A DNA stretch of 64,000 nucleotides from an uncultured Verrucomicrobia subdivision 3 bacterium. Lineage in GTDB: Bacteria; Verrucomicrobiota; Verrucomicrobiia; Limisphaerales; UBA11358. The DNA lies in the NCBI GenBank assembly GCA_903911825.1, contig CAIWFB010000194.1:2070-66069 (forward strand). The letters run 5' to 3'. Positions 36,971-45,173 of the stretch are shown here, piece by piece. Every line of letters begins with the position of its first letter. The stretch's first letter is position 1. A model generated the notes under the pieces. The model had not been told where the DNA came from. It ran no database searches and saw only the letters and a list, made by a program, of their open reading frames with translations. The translations under genes were made by a program, and so were the position numbers.

Positions 36971-37180
36971 CGAAACATCTAACGGTAGATGCGAATTATC
37001 GCTCTACCGATACGAAACATATCGCGGCGCATTCGAACAATCATAATAACCATGCAAAACATATCGCGATGCCAGCGAAAGATACTGTTCTGACTGCGAA
37101 GCATAAGACTTCCGATTTGTAAGATTAAGTTACAGACGCGAAACATTAGCCGAACGATTCGAAACATCCGCCGACATACG
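36971..37180. repeat. Tandem array of ten 21-bp units with a conserved 8-nt head CGAAACAT
   Basis: Unit starts are 36971, 36992, 37013, 37034, 37055, 37076, 37097, 37118, 37139 and 37160, an exact 21-nt register. The heads read cgaaacat, cgaattat, cgaaacat, cgaacaat, caaaacat, cgaaagat, cgaagcat, tgtaagat, cgaaacat, cgaaacat. The tails are variable. Confidence 0.85.
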
Positions 37181-37219
37181 CAGTTGACACCTTTTTCGCC
37201 TCTGCCTACGCTTTTGGGC

Positions 37220-37537
37220 ATGGAAACAGTCGAAAAACCCGCAGAACCCGCCAATTTAACCCCCCGACCAGACTTGGAAGCTCTGCTGGCGGCCATTGGC
37301 CACCCGGTGCGGTGGCGGATGTTGCAGGCGCTGGCCAGTGGCGAAGTGCGGACGATTGCCGAACTGGCGACCGCCGGCGGCTGCGCTTACCAAAGCGGCG
37401 TGAAACACATGGTCACCCTGCGCGAGGCGGGCTTGGTGGTGCAGGGCCGCGGCTGGCTTTACCAGATTCCCGCACACTACCTGCCCAACCCCAGCCAGCC
37501 GGTGGTGGATTATGGGCATTGCCTGCTGAGATTTTGA
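37220..37537 (+). CDS. ArsR/SmtB-family winged-helix transcriptional regulator
   Basis: The sequence LLAAIGHPVRWRMLQALASGEVRTIAELATAGGCAYQSGVKHMVTLREAGLVV matches the ArsR HTH core. I set the start at the ATG at 37220; the track ORF starts at 37184, inside the promoter-like region. Confidence 0.8.
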   Translation: METVEKPAEPANLTPRPDLEALLAAIGHPVRWRMLQALASGEVRTIAELATAGGCAYQSGVKHMVTLREAGLVVQGRGWLYQIPAHYLPNPSQPVVDYGHCLLRF

Positions 37538-37560
37538 TGCGGCGGAGTGAAGATTTTTTG

Positions 37561-37812
37561 GCCACAGATGTTCACGGATGAAACACAGATCCAAAACCGC
37601 GAACCACGCCAAATACGCGAACGGGTTTTAACGCCAAGGCACCAAGTTCGGACACGAATTTCACGAATTGGCACCCATTCAAATACGCTGAAGGCGTAAA
37701 GGCAATTAGCCCAGGGTTGGGGCATCAGGATTCTGTTGGTGGCGCGGATGGCAAAAATTTCACCTTGTCGGAGCGGTTTTCCCTTCGCGGCCTTCGCGCG
37801 AAACCCCGTTCG
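37561..37812. repeat. Dispersed intergenic repeat, copy A (GCCACAGATG module, AACCGCGAA..AAATACGCGAAC module, CCTTCGCGGCCTTCGCGCGAAA module)
   Basis: Segments 37561-37590, 37593-37630 and 37782-37803 recur elsewhere in the window with about 75-100 percent identity (41941-41978; 42986-43007; the reverse complement of 43026-43054). Confidence 0.55.
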
Positions 37813-37864
37813 TCCCGTTTGCACAGTTGAACTTACCCCGCACATCCGCTACTTTCTCGGCTCT

Positions 37865-39238
37865 ATGACGTTGACTGAAAAACTTCTCGCCCGCGCGTCT
37901 GGCAAGGCCAGCGTGCAGGCCGGCGATAATATCTGGGTAAGCGCGGACGTGCTCATGACGCACGATGTCTGCGGGCCGGGCACCATCGGCGTGTTCAAAC
38001 GCGAATTCGGCAAGACCGCGAAGGTCTGGGACAAAAAGAAAATCGTCATCATCCCCGACCATTACATTTTCACCGCTGACTCGAAGTCGAATCGCAATGT
38101 GGACATTCTCCGCGAGTTCGCTGGCGAGCAGGATTTGCCCTATTTCTACGACGTGATTGATGACCCGAAAGGTCATTGGGTCTATGACGCCGTGAAGGGC
38201 AACATGAAGCGCCAATACGGTGCGCGTTACGCGGGCGTTTGCCACGCGGCGCTCCCGGCCAAAGGCCACACGCGCCCCGGCGAAGTTCTTTTCGGCACGG
38301 ATTCGCATACTTGTATGGCGGGTGCGTTCAATCAATTCGCCACCGGCATCGGCAACACGGACGCCGGTTTCGTCATGGGCACGGGCAAATTGCTCATCAA
38401 GGTTCCCGAGACGATGCATTTCCGCCTCGAAGGCAAATTGCAGCCCGGCGTGATGGCGAAAGACATCATCCTCCATTGCATCGGCGAAATCGGTTTCGAC
38501 GGCGCAACGTATCGCGCGATGCAGTTCGACGGCCCCGGCGTTGCGACCTTGAGCATGGACGACCGCATGACGATCGCCAACATGGCCATCGAAGCGGGCG
38601 GCAAGAACGCGATTTTCGAATTCGATTCCCGCACGGCGGAATATGTGGATGCGCGTGTGAAATTGAACGGCACCAAGTCCGCCTACACGCCCGTCGAGCG
38701 TGATGCGGATGAGAAATTCGTTTACGAACACGTCGTGGATTTGAGCAAGCTCGAGCCCACCGTCGCCTGCCATCCTGATCCGGGCCAACGCAAGAAAGCC
38801 AAGGACATGGACCAGAAACTCGACCGCGCTTACGTCGGTTCCTGCACCGGCGGCAAGACGAGCGACTTCGTGGAATTCGCCCACATCTTGCGCGGCAAAA
38901 AAGTGGTCATTGATACCTTCGGCGTGCCCGCGACGCCCGACATCGTCCGCGATTTGCAGACGACGTATTGGGGCAACGAAACGATCTGGGACGTGATGGT
39001 GAACGCTGGCGTGCAGATGACGGAAAACGCCGGTTGCGCCGCGTGCCTCGGTGGTCCGGTGGACACCTTCGGCCGTATCAACAAGTCTGGCATCAACTGC
39101 ATCAGCGCGACGAACCGCAATTTCCCCGGTCGCATGGGCGACAAGGAATCGAAAGTATTCCTCGCGTCTCCGGCGACGGTGGCGGCGAGTGCCTTGACCG
39201 GTAAAGTCACCGACCCGCGCGAATATTTGGGGAACTAA
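37865..39238 (+). CDS. Aconitase-family dehydratase large subunit (LeuC / homoaconitase-like)
   Basis: Family blocks are present: VLMTHDV, GTDSHTCMAGAFNQFATGIG, and the Fe-S cysteine region GSCTGGK...CAACLGG...NRNFPGRMG. I set the start at the ATG at 37865 (MTLTEKLL...). No small-subunit gene is adjacent. Confidence 0.85.
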   Translation: MTLTEKLLARASGKASVQAGDNIWVSADVLMTHDVCGPGTIGVFKREFGKTAKVWDKKKIVIIPDHYIFTADSKSNRNVDILREFAGEQDLPYFYDVIDDPKGHWVYDAVKGNMKRQYGARYAGVCHAALPAKGHTRPGEVLFGTDSHTCMAGAFNQFATGIGNTDAGFVMGTGKLLIKVPETMHFRLEGKLQPGVMAKDIILHCIGEIGFDGATYRAMQFDGPGVATLSMDDRMTIANMAIEAGGKNAIFEFDSRTAEYVDARVKLNGTKSAYTPVERDADEKFVYEHVVDLSKLEPTVACHPDPGQRKKAKDMDQKLDRAYVGSCTGGKTSDFVEFAHILRGKKVVIDTFGVPATPDIVRDLQTTYWGNETIWDVMVNAGVQMTENAGCAACLGGPVDTFGRINKSGINCISATNRNFPGRMGDKESKVFLASPATVAASALTGKVTDPREYLGN

Positions 39239-39261
39239 AACTCCCATCACGTTCTAAAACA

Positions 39262-39306
39262 ATTTCACCGCTTGAGCGTTCGTCGCCCAAGCGGTGAATT
39301 CTTTTG
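39262..39306. terminator. Bidirectional intrinsic terminator between convergent genes
   Basis: The hairpin is TTCACCGCTTG (39264-39274) paired with CAAGCGGTGAA (39288-39298), followed by TTCTTTTG. An A-rich stretch lies upstream. Confidence 0.6.
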
Positions 39307-39322
39307 AGAGATTGCCGAAAGT

Positions 39323-40627
39323 TTATTTCGTCGCGTTCGCTGCCGGCAGATAAACCGTAAAAGTCGTGCCTTCGCCTGCCTTGGTGTGCACGTGCAGCGC
39401 GCCATGACCTTCTTTGATGAGTCGTTGAACGATATTCAACCCCAAGCCGGTGCCTTGACGCGGGCCTTTGGTGGTGAAATAAGGATCAAAAATTTTCGGC
39501 AACACTTCGGCGGGAATGCCGGGGCCGGTATCGCGCACCCAGAGTTTCACGAGCGGCGCAGTGTTGTTCATGCTTTCGACATTGAGCAGCCGATCGTTCG
39601 GGCCGTCTTTGAATTCCGCCAGATTCAGCGGCGTTTGCAACACTTCGCCGCCGACTTCCACGCGATGTGGCTGCGGTGCACATTGAAACCCATTCACGCA
39701 CAGATTCAGTAAAATCTGAATGAGGTCGGTGCCGTTGACCTTCACGCTCATTTCGCCATCGGCTTCAGCGAGCGGATAAAGGCGAAATTCATTTTCCTGC
39801 AAGCTCGGGTGCACGCGCACGAGCTGTTCCAAATCGTGGAGCAATTGCTTGAGATTCGCCCGCACAGAATCATCGCTTTGTTGGCGCAAGAAACCAAGGT
39901 AACGCCGGGAAATCTCGATGCAATTTCCGACTTGCCGCTCAATGATGCGCAGCCGTTCCTTGATGAATTCCAGATCTTCCGTCTCCAACTGCGCGTTCCG
40001 ACCTAGCCGCTTGTTCAACAGTTGCACGAAACCGGAGATCACCGTGAGCGGGCCGTTGATGTCGTGAATGATGCTGGCGTAAATATCGCCGCGTGTTTTG
40101 GCGATCTGTTCCTCGACTTTTTGATTTTGCAGTTCGCTCAACAGCTCGCGGACTTTTTCGGCACTGGTATGGATTTCGCCTTCCAACATCCGGCGCTGCA
40201 TCGCCTGATTCACCGCACCGCGAATGGTCGCGAGGTCGAAAGGCTTATTGATGTAATCGCACGCACGCAGTTTCAGCGCCTGCCGAATCGTGTCCGTGGT
40301 CTCAAACGCCGTGATCATGATGGCCTCGATATCTGGCCGCACGAACCGCAAGCGTTCCAACACTTCAATGCCCGACATGCCGGCCATGCGGATATCGAGA
40401 ATGGCCACATCAATCTCGTGCTTCTGCGCTAACTCAACGGCGGTAGGGCCGTCCTCGGCCATCAGCAAATCGTAAGTATCTTTGAAAATCACGCGCAACG
40501 ACATGCGCGGGCCCTCTTCGTCGTCCACCACCAGCAACGTGCCGCGCCGCTTGGGCGTTGGCGTCGCCGCAATCAATTCAGAGATAGCGGTGTTGACTTG
40601 GGCGATCGGATCAACAGATTCGGACAT
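39323..40627 (-). CDS. Response-regulator receiver fused to a histidine kinase (REC-HisKA-HATPase)
   Basis: The N-terminal receiver reads LLVVDDEE...VAILDIRMAGMSG...INKPF. An H-box-like motif (SIIHDINGPLT) and a C-terminal HATPase (DTGPGI, GTGLGLNIV) follow. Confidence 0.88.
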   Translation of the reverse strand: MSESVDPIAQVNTAISELIAATPTPKRRGTLLVVDDEEGPRMSLRVIFKDTYDLLMAEDGPTAVELAQKHEIDVAILDIRMAGMSGIEVLERLRFVRPDIEAIMITAFETTDTIRQALKLRACDYINKPFDLATIRGAVNQAMQRRMLEGEIHTSAEKVRELLSELQNQKVEEQIAKTRGDIYASIIHDINGPLTVISGFVQLLNKRLGRNAQLETEDLEFIKERLRIIERQVGNCIEISRRYLGFLRQQSDDSVRANLKQLLHDLEQLVRVHPSLQENEFRLYPLAEADGEMSVKVNGTDLIQILLNLCVNGFQCAPQPHRVEVGGEVLQTPLNLAEFKDGPNDRLLNVESMNNTAPLVKLWVRDTGPGIPAEVLPKIFDPYFTTKGPRQGTGLGLNIVQRLIKEGHGALHVHTKAGEGTTFTVYLPAANATK

Positions 40628-40660
40628 GGCGAATTGACACTAGCGCAAAAAGCAACTGCC

Positions 40661-41920
40661 TCAAGCAGAAACCGCCAAGCGCAGCCAATCCAGCGCTTGC
40701 TGCGCCGTCACTTGTTTAAAAGTCTCGCGATCCCACGTATTTTGCATCCGCCGCACTTCCACACCCAACGCCGAAGCAAGCGCGATAAATACCGTGCCCA
40801 CCGGTTTATCCGGTGTGCCACCACTTGGTCCCGCGATGCCCGTCACCGCAATGGCGAAATCAGAACCAAACTTGGCGCGTGCGCCCAATGCCATTTCCCG
40901 CGCCACCGGTTCACTCACCGCCCCGTGCGCAGCCAGGGTTTCTGGTTTCACACCGAGAAATTTTTTTTTCGCTGAATCTGCATAAGTGACCACGCTGCCG
41001 AGAAAAATTCCCGACGCGCCCGGCACATTCGTCAAACGATGTGCAATGTTTCCACCCGTGCAAGATTCCGCCAACGCGATCGTCTTTTTCTTCTCAACGA
41101 ACAACCGCACAACAATCTGCTCAATCTCGTCGTCGTCATAACCAAAGACATTTGCGCCAAAAACTTTTTGCGTGATCGCCTCGCCCGCTTGAACCACTGA
41201 CACGGCTTCCGCGCCGCTGGCGGTAAGGCGCACATCCACTGCACCGGGACGCGCGCAGTAACCAATCTCCATGCCTCGCTGCACGAGCGGCTGCAATTCA
41301 TCCGCTACCATCTCTTGCACCCGCGATTCACCGATGCCCGTCGTGCGCAACGTGCGGCACACGAAAATCTCATCCGCAAACTCACGCTTCACCAACGGCG
41401 CGATGGACACATCAAACATCGGACGCAACTCGCGCGGCGGCCCCGGCAACATCACCAACCAAGATGGCGTTTTGTCGGCCCGAAACAAATTCGGTTCAAC
41501 GCGGATCGCCAATCCCGGAGCGGTTCCGGTGGGATTTAGAAAAACCAACGCGCCTTCGGGAACCATCGTTTCCACATCAGTTTTTTGCGGGCGTGGACGC
41601 CCGCGCTTGGCAAAGAAGTTTTCAATATGCGCCAGCACGTCCAGATTTTTGATGAGTTTTTTGCCCAGCATTTCCGCGATCAACTCGCGCGTTATGTCGT
41701 CCGACGTCGGCCCCAGACCGCCAGTGGTGATGACCAAATCCGCGCGGCTCAATGCCTCGCGCACAGCGGTTTGGATCTCACTGCCCGTATCCGCGATGGC
41801 GACCTGCCGCGTCACCACGTGCCCCAGATCCGCGAGCCGCCGGCATAGCCATTGTTGGTGGGTGTTCAGCACCCGCCCCAACATCAGCTCACTGCCCGTA
41901 TTGACGATTTCGACATTCAT
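40661..41920 (-). CDS. cinA: CinA-family protein (MoCF-binding domain + nicotinamide-nucleotide amidase PncC domain)
   Basis: The N-terminus reads MNVEIVNTGSELMLGRVLNTHQ...TTGGLGPTSDD. The C-terminal CinA domain reads ALAESCTGG...GVTGIAGP. Confidence 0.9.
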   Translation of the reverse strand: MNVEIVNTGSELMLGRVLNTHQQWLCRRLADLGHVVTRQVAIADTGSEIQTAVREALSRADLVITTGGLGPTSDDITRELIAEMLGKKLIKNLDVLAHIENFFAKRGRPRPQKTDVETMVPEGALVFLNPTGTAPGLAIRVEPNLFRADKTPSWLVMLPGPPRELRPMFDVSIAPLVKREFADEIFVCRTLRTTGIGESRVQEMVADELQPLVQRGMEIGYCARPGAVDVRLTASGAEAVSVVQAGEAITQKVFGANVFGYDDDEIEQIVVRLFVEKKKTIALAESCTGGNIAHRLTNVPGASGIFLGSVVTYADSAKKKFLGVKPETLAAHGAVSEPVAREMALGARAKFGSDFAIAVTGIAGPSGGTPDKPVGTVFIALASALGVEVRRMQNTWDRETFKQVTAQQALDWLRLAVSA

Positions 41921-41940
41921 AAAATTGAGAACCAGAAAAG

Positions 41941-42020
41941 TTAACCGCGAAACACACGAAATACGCGAACAAGTTTTCTCAGCCTTTTCGTTCGGGTATT
42001 TTGCGTAGTTCGCGGTTCAA
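41941..42020. repeat. Dispersed intergenic repeat, copy B, arranged as an imperfect inverted repeat
   Basis: The left arm TTAACCGCGAAACACACGAAATACGCGAACAAG (41941-) matches copy A 37593-37630 at about 31 of 36 positions. The right arm TTCGGGTATTTTGCGTAGTTCGCGGTT is its imperfect reverse complement. Confidence 0.55.
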
Positions 42021-42023
42021 AAA

Positions 42024-42884
42024 TTATTTTTTCGGTGCTTTTGGCTTTGGCTTGCGCGCGTCGGCGATAAAGCTTCCCAGCAGATAACTCCGCTCTGTAT
42101 CCGGTGTGCAGAGATAAATTTTCCCCGGCAAATGATTGTTTGCCAGCGCGCCGAATTCCAAACGCAGCGCATAACCGGCTTCGTAATTTTCTTTTTGCAC
42201 CACGCCATCCGCATCTTTCCAGCGCAACGAAACTTTTGCGGCCTTCTCCGCGTTGGTGCTGACGTTGATGGTCTGGCCCGCCAACGCTTCCGGTTGTGCG
42301 CCGCTGAAATTAACGAACACCGCAAACTCCACCGGCCCGCGCGTGCCGGCCCGCAACATCAGCGAACCATTCTGCAACGTGCAACGTTCCGCGATAAAAT
42401 CCTGACCATGAATGCGCCCCGCCACCGGTGTTTCCGGCAAAGCATTCGTGCCCAGCGTGAGTGACCAATTCGCGTCGTTCGCAGCGGGGGCGACCACCAC
42501 CGGCTTGGCAGCAACGGTGAAATTCGTTTTGGCCATCGCGGCATTATTAGTGGAAACCAAAGCCGCCTTGCGCGCCGGATGAATGATTGTCACCCAATAA
42601 ATCGCACCAGCCGCCAGCACCATGCCGCCGATGATCAACCCTACGACGAGTGCGCCGGAAACTTTTTTCACCGGCGCGGCATCGGGCTGATCGTAGCCGC
42701 GCACATTGATCTTCTTTTCCGAAACTTTGGTGCCGGTGAGAATGAATTTGGAATCGGCCGAGGGCGCTTGCGGCGCGGTGATTTTCTGAAAGCAAGTGGG
42801 GCAATCCATGACCGTGCCCGCCTGCGAAACGTCGCATTTCATGTGCTGACCGCACACCGGACAGGCAAATTTGAACTCGCTCAT
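42024..42884 (-). CDS. Zinc-ribbon-anchored single-pass membrane protein of unknown function
   Basis: The N-terminus has CPVCGQH...(16 aa)...CPTC. One TM follows (LVVGLIIGGMVLAAGAIYWV), then a roughly 180-aa extracytoplasmic domain and a Lys-rich tail. Confidence 0.65.
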   Translation of the reverse strand: MSEFKFACPVCGQHMKCDVSQAGTVMDCPTCFQKITAPQAPSADSKFILTGTKVSEKKINVRGYDQPDAAPVKKVSGALVVGLIIGGMVLAAGAIYWVTIIHPARKAALVSTNNAAMAKTNFTVAAKPVVVAPAANDANWSLTLGTNALPETPVAGRIHGQDFIAERCTLQNGSLMLRAGTRGPVEFAVFVNFSGAQPEALAGQTINVSTNAEKAAKVSLRWKDADGVVQKENYEAGYALRLEFGALANNHLPGKIYLCTPDTERSYLLGSFIADARKPKPKAPKK

Positions 42885-42950
42885 GGCGGCGGAAACATTT
42901 CACACAACCAGCTTTTCGGCAATCCGCTTTTTACTGGGTCGCACGAAGAA

Positions 42951-43055
42951 CGCGAAGGTGGCGAAGAATAACTTTTCCTTCGCAGCCTTCGCGGCCTTCG
43001 CGCGAAATCGTTTTCAACCGAAAATTCTGTGTGCATCGGCGGCCATCTGTGGCTT
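42951..43055. repeat. Dispersed intergenic repeat, copy C
   Basis: It contains GCGAAG/CCTTCGC iterations. The exact 22-mer CCTTCGCGGCCTTCGCGCGAAA (42986-43007) is shared with 37782-37803. An inverted GCCACAGATG module lies at 43026-43054. Confidence 0.55.
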
Positions 43056-43071
43056 TAATGATGCAAATTTT

Positions 43072-44472
43072 ATGAGTAAAAAATCTCCCGTTTCCCGCAG
43101 TGGCCGTTTCGCTGGTGGCCCCGCTGCCGATGTCGCCGCGTTTTCTGAATCCATCTCTTTCGACTGGCGCTTGTGGAAACACGATATCCAAGGCTCCATC
43201 GCTCACGCGACGATGCTCGCGAAGATCGGCGTGCTCACGCGTGCGGAATTGAGCGCCATCACCAAAGGCCTCAACCAGATCGCCAAAGAAATTGCCGCCG
43301 GAAAATTTGTCTGGAAAGCGGAACTCGAAGACGTCCACATGAACATCGAGTCCGAACTGACCAAGCGCGTTCCGGCGGGTGCAAAGCTGCACACCGCCCG
43401 TTCGCGCAACGATCAAGTCGCGCTCGATGTTCGCCTCTGGTTACGCGATGAGATCACCGCGTTGCTCAAAGAAATCGCCGATCTCCAACGCGCGCTCGTT
43501 TCGTTCGGTGAACAGAATGCCGATGTCATCATTCCCGGCTACACGCACATGCAACGCGCGCAGCCCGTTTATTTCGCGCATCACTTGCTCGCTTACGTCG
43601 AGATGCTGGAACGCGATTGCGAACGGCTCTGGGATTGCCATTCACGCGTGAACGTCTGCCCGCTCGGCAGCGGCGCGATCGCGGGCAGCACCTTGCCGCT
43701 CAAGCGTGAACTCGTTGCCAAGCTGCTCGGTTTTGTGAACGCCAGCGGTCAGGTGCAAGTCACGCAGAATTCCATGGATGGCGTGAGCGACCGCGATTTC
43801 ATGATCGAATTCGCCGCGGCCGCTGCGTTGCTGGCGGTGCATTTCTCACGGCTCTCGGAAGACATCATTCTCTGGGCGGGTGCGGAATTTAATTTCATCA
43901 AGATCGCCGACTCCTACACCACCGGCTCGTCGCTCATGCCGCAGAAGAAAAATCCCGACATCGCCGAACTCGCGCGCGGCAAGACCGGCCGCGTGGTGGG
44001 CAACCTCATGGCGCTGCTCACGCTACTGAAAGGGTTGCCGATGACTTACAACCGTGATCTGCAGGAAGACAAGGAGCGTCTATTCGACACCGTGGACACT
44101 GTGCGCGCCACCACGCGTTTGCTCGAGGCGATGCTGCGCCACACCAAGGTGAACAAGGCCGCGTGCGCCGCCGCCGCCGGTGATCCCGCGTTGCTGGCGA
44201 CCGACCTCGCAGATTATCTCGTGCGCAAAGGCATGGCCTTCCGCCCCGCGCATCACGTCGTGGGCGCCGTAGTAGCGCTGGCGGAAAAAGCGGGCAAACC
44301 GCTGAACCAGCTCTCGCTCGCGGAACTGCAAAGCGTGGATAAAACCTTTGGCCGCGACGCGCTGGGCGTGTTCGATCTGAAAAAAGCGATGGCCAGCCGC
44401 AACATCACCGGCGCCCCGGGAACGAAGGAAGTCGCGAAGCAACTGGCGCGCTGGCGGGAACAGCTTTCGTAA
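43072..44472 (+). CDS. argH: Argininosuccinate lyase
   Basis: Family blocks are present: RLWKHDIQGSIAHATML, SRNDQVALD, GYTHMQRAQP and the fumarate-lyase signature GSSLMPQKKNPD. I set the start at the ATG at 43072; the longer track ORF reads through the upstream repeat. Confidence 0.95.
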   Translation: MSKKSPVSRSGRFAGGPAADVAAFSESISFDWRLWKHDIQGSIAHATMLAKIGVLTRAELSAITKGLNQIAKEIAAGKFVWKAELEDVHMNIESELTKRVPAGAKLHTARSRNDQVALDVRLWLRDEITALLKEIADLQRALVSFGEQNADVIIPGYTHMQRAQPVYFAHHLLAYVEMLERDCERLWDCHSRVNVCPLGSGAIAGSTLPLKRELVAKLLGFVNASGQVQVTQNSMDGVSDRDFMIEFAAAAALLAVHFSRLSEDIILWAGAEFNFIKIADSYTTGSSLMPQKKNPDIAELARGKTGRVVGNLMALLTLLKGLPMTYNRDLQEDKERLFDTVDTVRATTRLLEAMLRHTKVNKAACAAAAGDPALLATDLADYLVRKGMAFRPAHHVVGAVVALAEKAGKPLNQLSLAELQSVDKTFGRDALGVFDLKKAMASRNITGAPGTKEVAKQLARWREQLS

Positions 44473-44488
44473 GAATGTCTTGATAAAT

Positions 44489-45085
44489 ATGAATAAGATC
44501 GAAACAAATCAAATCATCGAATCAGATCAACCTCTGATTGGTTTAATGGGGCAATTTGGCAGTGGCCTTGAGGCTTTAAAATTTTACGCGGGGAAAATGA
44601 CGCATCGATTTCGTCCAGATGCAGTCGGCACACAATGTTGCTGTTGTGAAAGAAAATCCGTGTCGCGGGTGCAGATGTTTTGTTGGCGTGCTTTAGTTAA
44701 TCCCCGATTTGCATTTACTCGCACAGATGCACTGATGCTGTTGGCTGGACGCGTTGGGATGACTCTTCAGCATACGGTTGTGGATTTTGCAACTATCCAT
44801 GGTTTTTGTGAATCGTGTGCGTCAAATGTAAAACGCAATCGCCTTATTTCCGTTGTTGTAAAATCCATTTCCTTTTTTTTGCTATTGGTCTGTATGCTCT
44901 TCTTCGTTATCGCTGGTGGCGCCGCTATCATGTTTTGGTCTGATCCAAAAGGTAGACATGAATGTCTTATTGGTTTTTCTATAGGCGCAATTGGTTTGAT
45001 TGCTTCCGTATTTGGACATATTTGGGAGCGCAATCTTCGCATTCCGATATTTGCCAGAGCAATCGGTCGCAAACCGTTTTTTTAG
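44489..45085 (+). CDS. Hypothetical Cys-rich membrane protein
   Basis: The ORF is A+T-rich by eye. It has Cys clusters (GTQCCCCERKS and HGFCESCASNVKRN) followed by two TM helices. I recognise no family. I set the start at the ATG at 44489; the track start is a TTG at 44480. Confidence 0.45.
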   Translation: MNKIETNQIIESDQPLIGLMGQFGSGLEALKFYAGKMTHRFRPDAVGTQCCCCERKSVSRVQMFCWRALVNPRFAFTRTDALMLLAGRVGMTLQHTVVDFATIHGFCESCASNVKRNRLISVVVKSISFFLLLVCMLFFVIAGGAAIMFWSDPKGRHECLIGFSIGAIGLIASVFGHIWERNLRIPIFARAIGRKPFF

Positions 45086-45173
45086 CAAAGGTCACGGAAT
45101 GCAGTGCTGGAGACGCAAATTGAATTCTGAAAATTCTGTTAATTCTGTCTAAAAACGCCCGTTTTAATTTGCA

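Noticed and set aside
36971-37180. I considered whether the 21-bp array could be a CRISPR array.
   Set aside because: The units are contiguous, with no unique spacers of CRISPR length. The conserved part is only 8 nt. There are no cas genes and no leader-like structure.
36979-37296. A 105-aa minus-strand ORF shows a striking 7-residue periodicity (MFRIVRL MFRVCNL ... MFRIGRA).
   Set aside because: The heptad pattern is simply the translation of the 21-bp tandem DNA repeat. The composition (M/F/R/I/C) is not protein-like, and the ORF overlaps the promoter and start of the ArsR-type gene. I treat it as a non-coding repeat array.
37760-39250. A 496-aa ORF lies antisense to the leuC-like gene. 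Similar long antisense ORFs occur at 20397-21788, 57468-58661, 673-1812, 8976-10064, 2380-3186, 35858-36769 and 24931-25782.
   Set aside because: In each case the opposite strand encodes a protein with unmistakable family signatures. The antisense translations are Arg/His/Gly-rich and have no recognisable motifs. Codon usage that avoids TTA, CTA and TCA on the sense strand removes stops from the antisense frame, which explains these ORFs.
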